DNA of 64,000 bases, from NCBI GenBank assembly GCA_965215505.1, contig OZ244065.1, positions 832,001 to 896,000 on the forward strand, in the 5' to 3' direction. The DNA is from Capsulimonadaceae bacterium (GTDB lineage Bacteria > Armatimonadota > Armatimonadia > Armatimonadales > Capsulimonadaceae). Under the pieces are notes generated by a model, which searched no databases, was not told the origin of the DNA, and saw only the letters and a program-made list of their open reading frames with translations. Below, in pieces: positions 9,329-17,564 of the stretch (its first letter is position 1; each line of letters begins with the position of its first letter). A program made the translations under genes and the position numbers.

Positions 9329-9517
9329 TTACTGGCCGCTGCGCTGGCGGTAGCGGCGGGCCTGGTCGGGGTCCACGCGCTTCATGCGCTTGAGCAGGTC
9401 GGAGCGGTCGGGCCGCTGGACGTCGGGCTTGCTGGGGCCGGTCTCGTCGCCCTCCTTGCGGAGCGGGTCGGCGGGGCCGGCGGGCCGCGTGGCGCGGTCT
9501 TCATCGGTCATGGGCAT
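9329..9517 (-). CDS. ubact: Ubiquitin-like protein modifier UBact (62 aa, ends RSGQ)
   Basis: DLLKRMKRVDPDQARRYRQRSGQ matches the UBact consensus (C-terminal R[S/T]G[E/Q]). It sits in the pup position between dop and prcB; RBS GGAGG before ATG 9517. Confidence 0.9.
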   Translation of the reverse strand: MPMTDEDRATRPAGPADPLRKEGDETGPSKPDVQRPDRSDLLKRMKRVDPDQARRYRQRSGQ

Positions 9518-9595
9518 TCGTTCGTTCCTCCCTCGGTATTGTTTTGATGGCAAGGCTGGATTCGACGGCGCGGGCCGGGAATCCTCTAGGAAACG

Positions 9596-11095
9596 CTATT
9601 TGCCGCGTTCGCGGAAACGGCGTATTAAATCTTCCAGAGTGTCGGCGGCCCGGAGGTCGGTCATGGCCTGCGCCACCGCTTCGGGCGTCAGATAGTCGTC
9701 CAGGTCAACCATCCACGATTCCTGTTCGGTCCGCAGGACGACCTTGTTCCAGCCAACGACGCCGATGGCGTCGGCGAACCTCTCCACGAGGTAGCCGCGC
9801 ATGGCGGCGCGGGTGGTGTCGGGCGGCCGGGTCATGGCGGCCTCGACCGTGCCGTCATCGGTCAGGCGGACCATCTCGCCGGCCTGCTCCAGGGCGTAGT
9901 ACAGGCCCTCGTCGGGGTCCACATTGCTGTAGGCTAGGTCGAACGACTGCACCGTCTCGTCGTCCCAGCCGATGCCCTCGGACTCGACATAATCGGCCAG
10001 CAGGCCGCGCTTGGCGACCCAGTCCAGCCGGTCCCCGAGCGAGAGAGGGTCGGACTCGAGGCCGTCCAGCGTTCTTTCCCACTCGCGCAGGGTCCAGTCG
10101 GTGTCCGCCCCGCGCCCCGCCAGCTTGTCCTTGGCGGCAGCCAGGAAGACGCGCTGGATGTCTACGGCCCCCATCGTGCCCGTCTCGGCCTCGACCAGCC
10201 ACTTGTAGGTCTGATCCCGTGCGATGGACTTGATCGCCTCGGTCGGCTTCTTCAAGCGTACCCAGGGCTGCCAGCCCTGCTCCAGAAGCGAGGTGACCAG
10301 ATAGGTCGTCCCGATCTTCAGGGCCGTCGCGTACTCGGACATGTTGGCGTCGCCGCAGATGACATGCAATCGCCGCCAGTCGCGCGGGTCCGTGTGCGGC
10401 TCGTCGCGCGTGTTCACCAGCGGGCGGCGGTGCAGGGTATCCACGGACGCCTCTTCCGTGAAGAAGTCGGCGCGCTGCGAGAGCTGGTACAGGCCCATGT
10501 CGCCGCGTGGCTCGATCCCCAGCTTGCCCGCGCCGGCGTAGATGATCCGGGTCGCGAAGAACGGCAGCAGGCCGGACAATAACTGCGCGAACGGCGTTTC
10601 ACGCGGGATCAGATAGTTCTCGTGGGTGCCGTAGGACGACCCGTGAAAGTCGGTGTTGTTCTTGAAGATGTGAACGCGACTCGCGTCCGGCTGCTCCGCC
10701 CGCGCCCGCGCGGCGGCCAGCACGACCCGCTCCCCGGCCTTGTCGTGGGCGACCAGGTCAAACAGCGTCGCGCACTCGGGCGTCGCGTACTCCGGGTGCC
10801 CGTGGTCGTTGTAGAACCGCGCCCCGTTCACCAGCACCCGGTCAGCGCGCTCCTCTTCCACGGGCAGCGGCTTGTAGTCCGGCGCGTCCAGCTTGGCGTC
10901 TTCGGGGTCGAAGTTCAGCCGGTCCACATGAAAGCCGCGCATGTCATTGCGCGGGTCCTCGCCCTTGTAGTACCAGGGGCAGGCGATCTTGCCCGCGTAG
11001 GCCCGGACCACGGCGCGGGACTCGACAAGCAGATCGCCCGCGCCCTTGCCGTCCACGGCGATGCCATATTCTGTTTCGGTGCCAAATAGCGGCAA
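9596..11095 (-). CDS. dop: Pup/UBact deamidase-depupylase (TTG start)
   Basis: FGTETEYG, NGARFYNDHGHPEYATPEC, KNNTD..GSSYGTHENY, NTRDEPH and RRLHVICGDANMSE motifs. Confidence 0.93.
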   Translation of the reverse strand: MPLFGTETEYGIAVDGKGAGDLLVESRAVVRAYAGKIACPWYYKGEDPRNDMRGFHVDRLNFDPEDAKLDAPDYKPLPVEEERADRVLVNGARFYNDHGHPEYATPECATLFDLVAHDKAGERVVLAAARARAEQPDASRVHIFKNNTDFHGSSYGTHENYLIPRETPFAQLLSGLLPFFATRIIYAGAGKLGIEPRGDMGLYQLSQRADFFTEEASVDTLHRRPLVNTRDEPHTDPRDWRRLHVICGDANMSEYATALKIGTTYLVTSLLEQGWQPWVRLKKPTEAIKSIARDQTYKWLVEAETGTMGAVDIQRVFLAAAKDKLAGRGADTDWTLREWERTLDGLESDPLSLGDRLDWVAKRGLLADYVESEGIGWDDETVQSFDLAYSNVDPDEGLYYALEQAGEMVRLTDDGTVEAAMTRPPDTTRAAMRGYLVERFADAIGVVGWNKVVLRTEQESWMVDLDDYLTPEAVAQAMTDLRAADTLEDLIRRFRERGK

Positions 11096-11114
11096 AAAGA
11101 TGTCTCCTGAGAAG

Positions 11115-11140
11115 GCCCCGCCGCCCGTGGGCGGCGGGGC
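11115..11140. terminator. GC-rich hairpin between arc and dop (weak terminator or mRNA stabiliser)
   Basis: GCCCCGCCGCCC-GT-GGGCGGCGGGGC; no clear U-tract. Confidence 0.45.
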
Positions 11141-11149
11141 GAGGCCAGC

Positions 11150-12895
11150 CTAAATCACGTTCCGGCGCGTCGTCTGCGTCCCCTTCTTGGGGGAAATGGG
11201 GTTCAGGCGCACGACGTTGTCCGGCTCATAGTCCAGGAGCTTGAGCCAGTCCTCAATGTTGTCGGTCTTTGGGAAGATCTCGTTTTCCTTGAACTCGGTG
11301 CGGACGGCCCGCTCCATGTCGTCCATCGAGACGCCTTCCTTGGTGCTCTTGACGTCAATGGACCGCTTGATGGCGAAGTCCTTGGCCCGCTCGACGACGG
11401 AGGTCAGCAGAGCGCCCGAGACAAGGTCCTTCCAGTAAAGCGTGTCTACGGAACCGTTCTTGAGGTAGACCTCCAGGAACTCCGTCTCGTGGGTCTTGGA
11501 CCAGATCAGCTCGGTCGTCTTGTCTATCAGGAGCCGACGCGCGCCCTCAACCCCGCCCTGTTCGTCCACCGTCTTGTAGTCGAACGGCAGATCGGCATGG
11601 AGGTAGATGCCCAGGATGTCGTTCGTACTCTTCTTGTCCGGACGGACGACCTTCACCTTGCGGTCAATGCGCTCCGGGCGGAGGATCGCCGGGTCAATGT
11701 AGTCCGGGCGGTTCGAGGTCAGCATGACCACGACGTTCTCCAGCGACACCAGGCCATCCATCTCGGCGCAGAACTGCGGCACGACCGTGTTGGAGATGTT
11801 CGTGAACCGGCCCGAGGACCGCGTCCGCAGGATGCTCTCGGCCTCGTCAATGAAGATGAAGACCAGGTAGCCTTCTTTGGCTTTCTCGCGGGCCGTGGTG
11901 AAGATCTCGCGCACCTGACGCTCGGACTCGCCGAGCCACATGTTCAGGATCTTCGGGCCGTTGATGTACATAAAGTACTCTTTGACGTCCCGCTTGGTCC
12001 GCGCCTTGTACTCCTGCGTGATGTTGTAGGCGGTCGCCTTGCCGATGAGCGTCTTGCCGCAGCCGGGAGGGCCATACAGCAGGATGCCCTTCAGCGGGCG
12101 CTTGCCGAACCGCTCGTACAGCTCGGGGTAAAGCAGGGGCAGCTCGATGGCGTCCTTGATGACGCCGATGGCCTCCTGCTGGCCACCGATCTTGTCCCAG
12201 GGGATCTCGGTGACTTTGTCCAGGAAGAAGTCCTGGTTCTCCTTGGTGGCGAAGGCTTCCAGGGCGACCCGGAAGTTCGGCTCCATGCGAACCTCCGTGC
12301 CCGCCTTGATGACCGAGTCCGTCAGGCCCGCGCCGCGCATGACGACGCGCGTGTTCTGGCCCTGCTGGTCGCCGCCGATGCGGAGGCGTCCGTCTTCCAA
12401 TGCCTCGCTGACCTTGACGACCTGGCCGTTCTGGGCCGGGCCGAGGTCGCCGACGACGGCGTAAGCCTCGTTGACCTTGACGCGCGTCCCCGCCATGAGC
12501 GTGTCCAGCTCGACGTTCGGGTCAACATTGGTGTAGAAGTCGTTATCGCCCATTGCGATGTTGGCCGTCCCGTCCTCGTTGGCGGATAGGAAAACGGCCA
12601 CACGGTTGGCGGGCGCAGTCAGCTTGTTGTAAGCCTCGTCGTACTTCGCGATCAGCTCCTGCGCCTCAGCGGACTGCTGCTCGTCCACCTCGAGCTGGTG
12701 CCGGAGCAGCAGGAGGTACTGGTAGTTCGGGTCAATCGGGTCGGTGCTTTTCAGGATCTCGTCCAGCACGAAGATCGCCCGGACCGCCGTCTCCTGGTTG
12801 CGGGGGATGCTTCCCCCGCCGCTGCCGCCGTTATTGCTTTCGCGACGATTGCCGCCGCGCTTGGTGTCGTTACGTTCGTTGCGCTCGCTCGCCAT
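11150..12895 (-). CDS. arc: Proteasomal AAA+ ATPase ARC/Mpa
   Basis: N-terminal coiled coil, OB-domain region, Walker A GPPGCGKT, pore loop NMWLGE, Walker B IFIDE, SNRPDYIDPAILRPERID, WKDLVSGA; RBS GAGAGG before ATG 12895. Confidence 0.93.
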   Translation of the reverse strand: MASERNERNDTKRGGNRRESNNGGSGGGSIPRNQETAVRAIFVLDEILKSTDPIDPNYQYLLLLRHQLEVDEQQSAEAQELIAKYDEAYNKLTAPANRVAVFLSANEDGTANIAMGDNDFYTNVDPNVELDTLMAGTRVKVNEAYAVVGDLGPAQNGQVVKVSEALEDGRLRIGGDQQGQNTRVVMRGAGLTDSVIKAGTEVRMEPNFRVALEAFATKENQDFFLDKVTEIPWDKIGGQQEAIGVIKDAIELPLLYPELYERFGKRPLKGILLYGPPGCGKTLIGKATAYNITQEYKARTKRDVKEYFMYINGPKILNMWLGESERQVREIFTTAREKAKEGYLVFIFIDEAESILRTRSSGRFTNISNTVVPQFCAEMDGLVSLENVVVMLTSNRPDYIDPAILRPERIDRKVKVVRPDKKSTNDILGIYLHADLPFDYKTVDEQGGVEGARRLLIDKTTELIWSKTHETEFLEVYLKNGSVDTLYWKDLVSGALLTSVVERAKDFAIKRSIDVKSTKEGVSMDDMERAVRTEFKENEIFPKTDNIEDWLKLLDYEPDNVVRLNPISPKKGTQTTRRNVI

Positions 12896-13703
12896 GCGTT
12901 CTTTCCTCTCGTCTTTCGCTCGCTTCTTCCCCATAAACCAAATCGTCTTTCGCTTCTGTGTTGTACCCAATTCGCCGCGCTTTGGTCGGGGCCTTGGCCG
13001 GGAGGGGCATTTTCCAGTCGCCGGTCAGCAGTTCGACCATGCGCTCGGTGTTTCCCTTTTCGAATGCGTCCACCCACTGCGCCACCGTCTCCTGCGCGTC
13101 CGGGTCGGAGGCGGCCAGGTCGCGCACGTCGGCGGGGTCGCCGCCGGAGGGGTGACGGGCCAAGGTCTGCCGGGCACGAGCCAGGGCGTTCTTGACGGCG
13201 GGCACCGTCGTCTCCAGGATGCGGGCCGTCTCCTCGGCGCTCCACCCGAGCACGTCCCGCAGGACCAGGGCGGCCCGCTGCCGGGGCGGGAGGCTCTGCA
13301 CCAGGGCGACAAACCCCAGGCGGACGTTCTCGCGCCCCTGCCCTGCCTGGGCGGCGTCGGGGGCCTGGTCACGCAGGCCGGTTTCGCCGACCTCGTCGAG
13401 CGACTGCCAGACGGGCGGGCGGCGCTGGACGTGGTTCAGGCACAGGTTGTGCGCGATCCGGTAGAGCCAGGCCCGCAGACTGGCCCGTCCTTCAAACGAG
13501 TCCAGGGAGCGGAAGGCGCGCAGGAAGGCCTCCTGCACCATGTCCTCGGCCTCGGTCGGCGTCCCGGTCAGCCGGTAACAGTACGCGATCAGCTCGCGCC
13601 GGTACGGCTCGGTCAGCTTGCCGAAGGCCTTGCGGTCGCCCCGCCGGGCGCGTTGGAGTGCCGCCGAGGCGGCATGAACAGGCGGATCGGTAATCGTGGC
13701 CAC
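12870..13703 (-). CDS. ECF sigma-70 factor (SigG/ECF56-like) with truncated SnoaL-like extension
   Basis: Region 2 AEDMVQEAFLRA...WLYRIAHNLC; region 4 LPPRQRAALVLRDVLGWS..ALARAR; extension VAQWVDAFEKGNTERMVELL; GTG start with AGGAG. Confidence 0.85.
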   Translation of the reverse strand: MATITDPPVHAASAALQRARRGDRKAFGKLTEPYRRELIAYCYRLTGTPTEAEDMVQEAFLRAFRSLDSFEGRASLRAWLYRIAHNLCLNHVQRRPPVWQSLDEVGETGLRDQAPDAAQAGQGRENVRLGFVALVQSLPPRQRAALVLRDVLGWSAEETARILETTVPAVKNALARARQTLARHPSGGDPADVRDLAASDPDAQETVAQWVDAFEKGNTERMVELLTGDWKMPLPAKAPTKARRIGYNTEAKDDLVYGEEASERREERTHGERAQRT

Positions 13704-13741
13704 GAAACAGTCTCCTGCCTAAACGGAAAAGGGTAGTTACA

Positions 13742-13769
13742 AGACGCCCTCAGCCTCGGGTTAAGTTCC
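13742..13769 (-). promoter_or_regulatory. Putative ECF-type promoter upstream of the sigma gene
   Basis: GGAACTT...CGTCT arrangement on the minus strand. Confidence 0.4.
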
Positions 13770-13845
13770 CGCTGCTGATGTGACACGGCGGGGATAAGAA
13801 AAGAACCGGTGCCGGAAAATTATTTTCCTGACTGATGTTGCGCGC

Positions 13846-14017
13846 CGATCGAGGCAGGCGAGGACGAGTGATTAAAATCACTCGCTCCGGTCGGATTTGT
13901 CCAAGGGACAAGTTGATAGCATGAGACGGTCCTTCTTCTGTCCTCGGCTCTTCTGTCCCCTGGACAGGTCCCCCTCAGCGAGTGATTTCAATCACTCGTC
14001 CTCGCCTGCCTCGATCG
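13846..14017. repeat. REPIN/MITE-like element with 41-bp terminal inverted repeats
   Basis: 13846-13886 and 13977-14017 are reverse complements with 1 mismatch. Each arm holds the palindrome CGAGTGATT-NN-AATCACTCG; inner IR TGTCCAAGGGACA/TGTCCCCTGGACA. Confidence 0.85.
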
Positions 14018-14065
14018 CCCTACTCAGTGTCGTGGCGAACCCCGCGTATAGCGTCTTTCCCGCCG

Positions 14066-16204
14066 TCACTCGCCCGTGATCTTCAGCACGTCCTCGCCGT
14101 ATTTCTCCAGCCTGCCGGGGCCGACGCCGCTGACTTCCAGCAGGTCGTCCGAGTTCTGCGGCCGGGCGCGCGCGATCTCCATCAGGGTCTTGTCGCTGAA
14201 CACGCAGTAGGGCGGCAGAGACTCGCGCGAGGCCTGCGAGGTCCGCCACAGCTTCAGGGTGGCGAGGACGTCGTCGCCGGCCGAGTCCCCGCCGCCCGCC
14301 GAAGCGTCGCGCCATCGGCTGGGGTCGCGCGGCAGCGGGGCGGCGACCGGCAGGCGGTCCGACCAGGCCGTCCGGCCCTTGGGCGTGACGGTGCAGACGA
14401 AGTAGGCGTCCTCGTCGCCTTGGTGCATCAGCCCCTCGGCGAACAAGGCCTCCAAAAACTTGTCCACGGCGGCGACGCTTGCCCCCCGGAACAGGCCGCC
14501 GAGCGGCTGGCGCGGCGTCCCGGCGTCCTTGTCCCCGAGAGTTCCGGCCCCGCGCAGCATCTTGTTCAGCCGGGCCTTGCCGACGGCGGGCCGCAGGGCG
14601 TCCAGGCCGTGCAGGACGGAGTGGATGTCGCCGGGGTCTATCTGGACCGGCATGGGAATCTGCGGCAGGCGCACGGACGCGGCGGCCTGCCCCTCGGCCT
14701 TCGGCGCGTCGCAGTTGTCGCAGCAGAAGGAGGTCGGGGGCGGCTCCTGGCGGTCGCCGAAGTAGTCCAGGACGGTCCGGCGGCGGCAGGCGGTCGTCTT
14801 GCAGTAGTCCACGATCTCGTCCAGACGGCGCAGGCGCTCCGCCCGCTGCTTGGCGAGGCCTGCCGCGATGGAACGGCGGGCGTCCGGCGGGAAATCGCGC
14901 CGGGCCAGTGTCAGGGTCACGCCGTCGCCGGTCTGGGCGACCCGCTTGACGAGGTCCGCCCGCTCCAGTTCGCCTAGCGCCAGCCGGCCCTTAATGTCGC
15001 TCCAGTCCAGGGCCATGCCCCAGGTCTTGGGCAGGCGGGCGACATTGTCCTTGTCGGCATGGCCGCGCACCTGGCCGAAAGCCTGCTCGACCGAGCCGAC
15101 GGTCAGGGCCTCGTTGTCAATGAACCACTCGCGCGTGCGCCGGTCGGCGAAGTGGTACAAGATGACGCACCGGCTGCGGCGGCCGTCGCGCCCGGCCCGG
15201 CCCGCCTCCTGGTAGTAGCTTTCCAGGCTGTCCGGGCAGGCGCAGTGGACGACGAACCGGACGTCCGGCTTGTCAATGCCCATGCCGAAGGCGTTGGTGG
15301 CGACCAGCACCTGACGCTCGCCGTCCAGCCACTCGCGCTGCATCTGGTTCCGCAGGTCGGCGTCCAGGCCTGCGTGGTACATCCCCGCCCGCTGCCCCAG
15401 GGGGGCGAGGGCGGCGTCGGCGGCCTCGAAGACCTGCTCGCACTGCTTGCGCGTGGCGCAGTAGATCAGCCCGCTGCCGCCAAGAGCCGAAAGCTTGGGA
15501 AGGGCACGGGTCAGCTTGTCCTCGCGTTCGTTTTCGCTTTTACACCGATGCACGGAAAAGTGGAGGTTGGGCCGGTTGAAGCCGCCGACCAGGACGAGCG
15601 GGTCGCGCATGCCGAGGTTGGTGACGATGGACTGCTGGACGCGCTTGGTCGCGGTCGCCGTGGCGGCCAGCAGGGGCGGACTGCCCAGCGACTCGACCAC
15701 TTCGCGAAGGCTGAGGTAGTCGGGCCGGAAGTCGTGGCCCCATTCCGAGATGCAGTGTGCCTCGTCCACGACGAACCGGGCGATCTTGACGCTCCGCAAG
15801 GCGTCCATGAACGCCCCCGACCGGAATCGCTCGGGGGCGACATACACCAGACGCAGCCGCCCCGCGCGCATCTCGCGCAACAGGTCGTTCTGCTCATCTA
15901 GCGATTGCAGCGAGGTCAGGCAGTTACACCCGATTCGGGCAAACTCGGGTCGGCGGTTCAGGGCATCCACCTGGTCTCGCATCAGGGCGATGAGGGGGGA
16001 GACGACGAGGGTGACGCCCTCAGAAAGAGCGGCGGGGAGCTGGAAGCAGAGGGACTTGCCCGCCCCCGTCGGCATGACGACCAGCACGTCGCGGCCTCCC
16101 AGGGCGGTCCGCACGGCCTCCTCCTGCTGCGGGCGGAACTCGCCGTAGCCGAAGAAGTTCTGCAAAGATCGGGACAGGTCTGATGCGGCGTCGGTGATGG
16201 TCAT
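14066..16204 (-). CDS. recQ: RecQ-family ATP-dependent DNA helicase with HRDC domain
   Basis: MPTGAGKSLCFQ, VDEAHCISEWGHDFRPDY, AFGMGIDKPDVR, YYQEAGRAGRDG, Zn-binding CRR..CCDNC, HRDC PPYCVFSDKTL. Confidence 0.93.
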   Translation of the reverse strand: MTITDAASDLSRSLQNFFGYGEFRPQQEEAVRTALGGRDVLVVMPTGAGKSLCFQLPAALSEGVTLVVSPLIALMRDQVDALNRRPEFARIGCNCLTSLQSLDEQNDLLREMRAGRLRLVYVAPERFRSGAFMDALRSVKIARFVVDEAHCISEWGHDFRPDYLSLREVVESLGSPPLLAATATATKRVQQSIVTNLGMRDPLVLVGGFNRPNLHFSVHRCKSENEREDKLTRALPKLSALGGSGLIYCATRKQCEQVFEAADAALAPLGQRAGMYHAGLDADLRNQMQREWLDGERQVLVATNAFGMGIDKPDVRFVVHCACPDSLESYYQEAGRAGRDGRRSRCVILYHFADRRTREWFIDNEALTVGSVEQAFGQVRGHADKDNVARLPKTWGMALDWSDIKGRLALGELERADLVKRVAQTGDGVTLTLARRDFPPDARRSIAAGLAKQRAERLRRLDEIVDYCKTTACRRRTVLDYFGDRQEPPPTSFCCDNCDAPKAEGQAAASVRLPQIPMPVQIDPGDIHSVLHGLDALRPAVGKARLNKMLRGAGTLGDKDAGTPRQPLGGLFRGASVAAVDKFLEALFAEGLMHQGDEDAYFVCTVTPKGRTAWSDRLPVAAPLPRDPSRWRDASAGGGDSAGDDVLATLKLWRTSQASRESLPPYCVFSDKTLMEIARARPQNSDDLLEVSGVGPGRLEKYGEDVLKITGE

Positions 16205-16294
16205 GGGTTCCCCTCCGTGGCGAAAGAACACCGAACGGATGTGTCTATTATACCCGACGCACGAACACGCCGCAAATCTTTTGTGCTTGACGGC

Positions 16295-16465
16295 CTACAG
16301 ATTGGCGTCGGGGTGCGCGACCTGGAGACGCCGGTATTCTGCCATCGCCTCCCGAAGTTTCTGCGTGGGGGGTGGAGGGTTTTCGATCATCTCGACGAGG
16401 CGGATGAAGTCTCGTTCGGAAAGCACGATACGCTCGTGGGGTTGGGGGTCCGTTGCTTCGGTCAT
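16295..16465 (-). CDS. DUF1778/TacA-like antitoxin C-terminal half (56 aa, lacks RHH domain)
   Basis: RIVLSERDFIRLVEMIENPPPPTQKLREAM motif. Confidence 0.65.
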   Translation of the reverse strand: MTEATDPQPHERIVLSERDFIRLVEMIENPPPPTQKLREAMAEYRRLQVAHPDANL

Positions 16466-16488
16466 GTCACGGTCGTGCCTTTCCCTAT

Positions 16489-16848
16489 TCAGATGCGCGG
16501 TCGCTGCGCCCCATGCCAAACGTGCAGGACGCGCACGAGGCCGCCGGTTTCCCCTTCCACTGGCTCAACGATGTAAAAAAGAATCCGGTAGGTACTTGCA
16601 CTCCGGCGTTTCCTCGACGGACCGAAGTAAAGTGCCCGGCGAACCTGGACATCATACAGGTCGTTCTCGGGGGCGACCTCGTGGCTGGCAGGGAACATGG
16701 CTAAACGGTTGATCTCCGCGAGCAGTCCATCCTGCCAGCGGTCAGCGTATTCCGGCGAAACCACCTCAGATAGACGCTCGTGTTCCGCCTCCACTTTAAT
16801 CTCGGCGGGTTCGGTCAGGCGCACGTCATAGATCGGCGGGTCAGACAT
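16489..16848 (-). CDS. RelE/ParE-family type II toxin
   Basis: YDVRLTEPAE, ADRWQDGLLAEINRLAMFP, YRILFYI and VRVLHVWHGAQ motifs; start overlaps the antitoxin stop. Confidence 0.85.
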   Translation of the reverse strand: MSDPPIYDVRLTEPAEIKVEAEHERLSEVVSPEYADRWQDGLLAEINRLAMFPASHEVAPENDLYDVQVRRALYFGPSRKRRSASTYRILFYIVEPVEGETGGLVRVLHVWHGAQRPRI

Positions 16849-17146
16849 GAGAGGCGGCCTCACGGGCGGCAGGGTCACTCTGCCGCTCCGCGCGCCGCCT
16901 CTGCACGTCGGCGGCATATTCCGCTACGGAGCGTTCACGCCCCTGTGCCGCCGCCTCTAAGCCACGCCGTATACCGCCCCGTATCTCGATCTTTTCTTCT
17001 TCCGTTAGATCATCAGGGTCGTATTCTTCTTCATCGGCGAGCGCTTTGCCGACCAACGCGTTCACAACGTCGCTGATGTCCTTCCCTTCGCGTTCAGCCC
17101 GCTCCCGGATGGTTGTTTCGATCTGTGAATTGAGAGTCACGGTCAT
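16841..17146 (-). CDS. Cognate type II antitoxin (RHH-like N-terminus, acidic C-terminus)
   Basis: MTVTLNSQIETTIRERAEREG...GIRRGLEAAAQGR; directly upstream of and overlapping the toxin. Confidence 0.8.
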   Translation of the reverse strand: MTVTLNSQIETTIRERAEREGKDISDVVNALVGKALADEEEYDPDDLTEEEKIEIRGGIRRGLEAAAQGRERSVAEYAADVQRRRAERQSDPAAREAASHV

Positions 17147-17189
17147 CGGCTTTCCTCCTGCTGTTTTGTCGTTGTTCCTGTCATATCTT

Positions 17190-17562
17190 TACCTCATTCG
17201 CGGCGTCACCGTGTACATCCTGCACATCCGGCACGGCTGGGTGCGAACGGCGTTTATGAGTAAAAGCCCTCGGCCCTGAAGCCTCCCCGGCCCTGAAGGG
17301 CCGGTATACTCTTGAGTGAAAGTGTCTGCGATACTGAGGAGGAGACGGCAGGGCAGAGGTGAGGAGGAACCGTCAAAATCCCTTACCTGCCGTCCTCGCC
17401 GTCTTCAGTCCAGCCTTCAGTGCCGTCCTCAGTCTGGTAGTCAGCTTAGTCTTCAGTCGCGGAGCGACTTTCATTCAACAGTAGACCGGCCCTTCAGGGC
17501 CGGGAACTGTTGCTCTCATAAACTTTATTCACATCCGGCACGGCTCACAAAGGCCCCTCTCG
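17190..17562 (+). pseudogene. Remnant of a ParE/RelE toxin C-terminus split by a REPIN
   Basis: YLIRGVTVYILHIRHG at 17190-17237 and HIRHGSQRPL at 17530-17559 resemble VRVLHVWHGAQRP of the neighbouring toxin. Confidence 0.55.
17252..17523. repeat. REPIN-like element (GTAGACCGGCCCTTCAGGGCCGG family)
   Basis: 40-bp arms 17284-17323 and 17467-17506 (36/40 match); outer arms GTTTATGAG/CTCATAAAC; 16-bp direct repeat CACATCCGGCACGGCT at 17223 and 17530. Confidence 0.8.
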
Positions 17563-17564
17563 AC

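Noticed and set aside
9329-9517. Calling the modifier Pup
   Set aside because: It lacks the GG[E/Q] end and the Pup helix motif; it fits UBact.
16220-16270. LexA/SOS box upstream of recQ
   Set aside because: Only GAAC half-sites; no complete GAAC-N4-GTTC palindrome.
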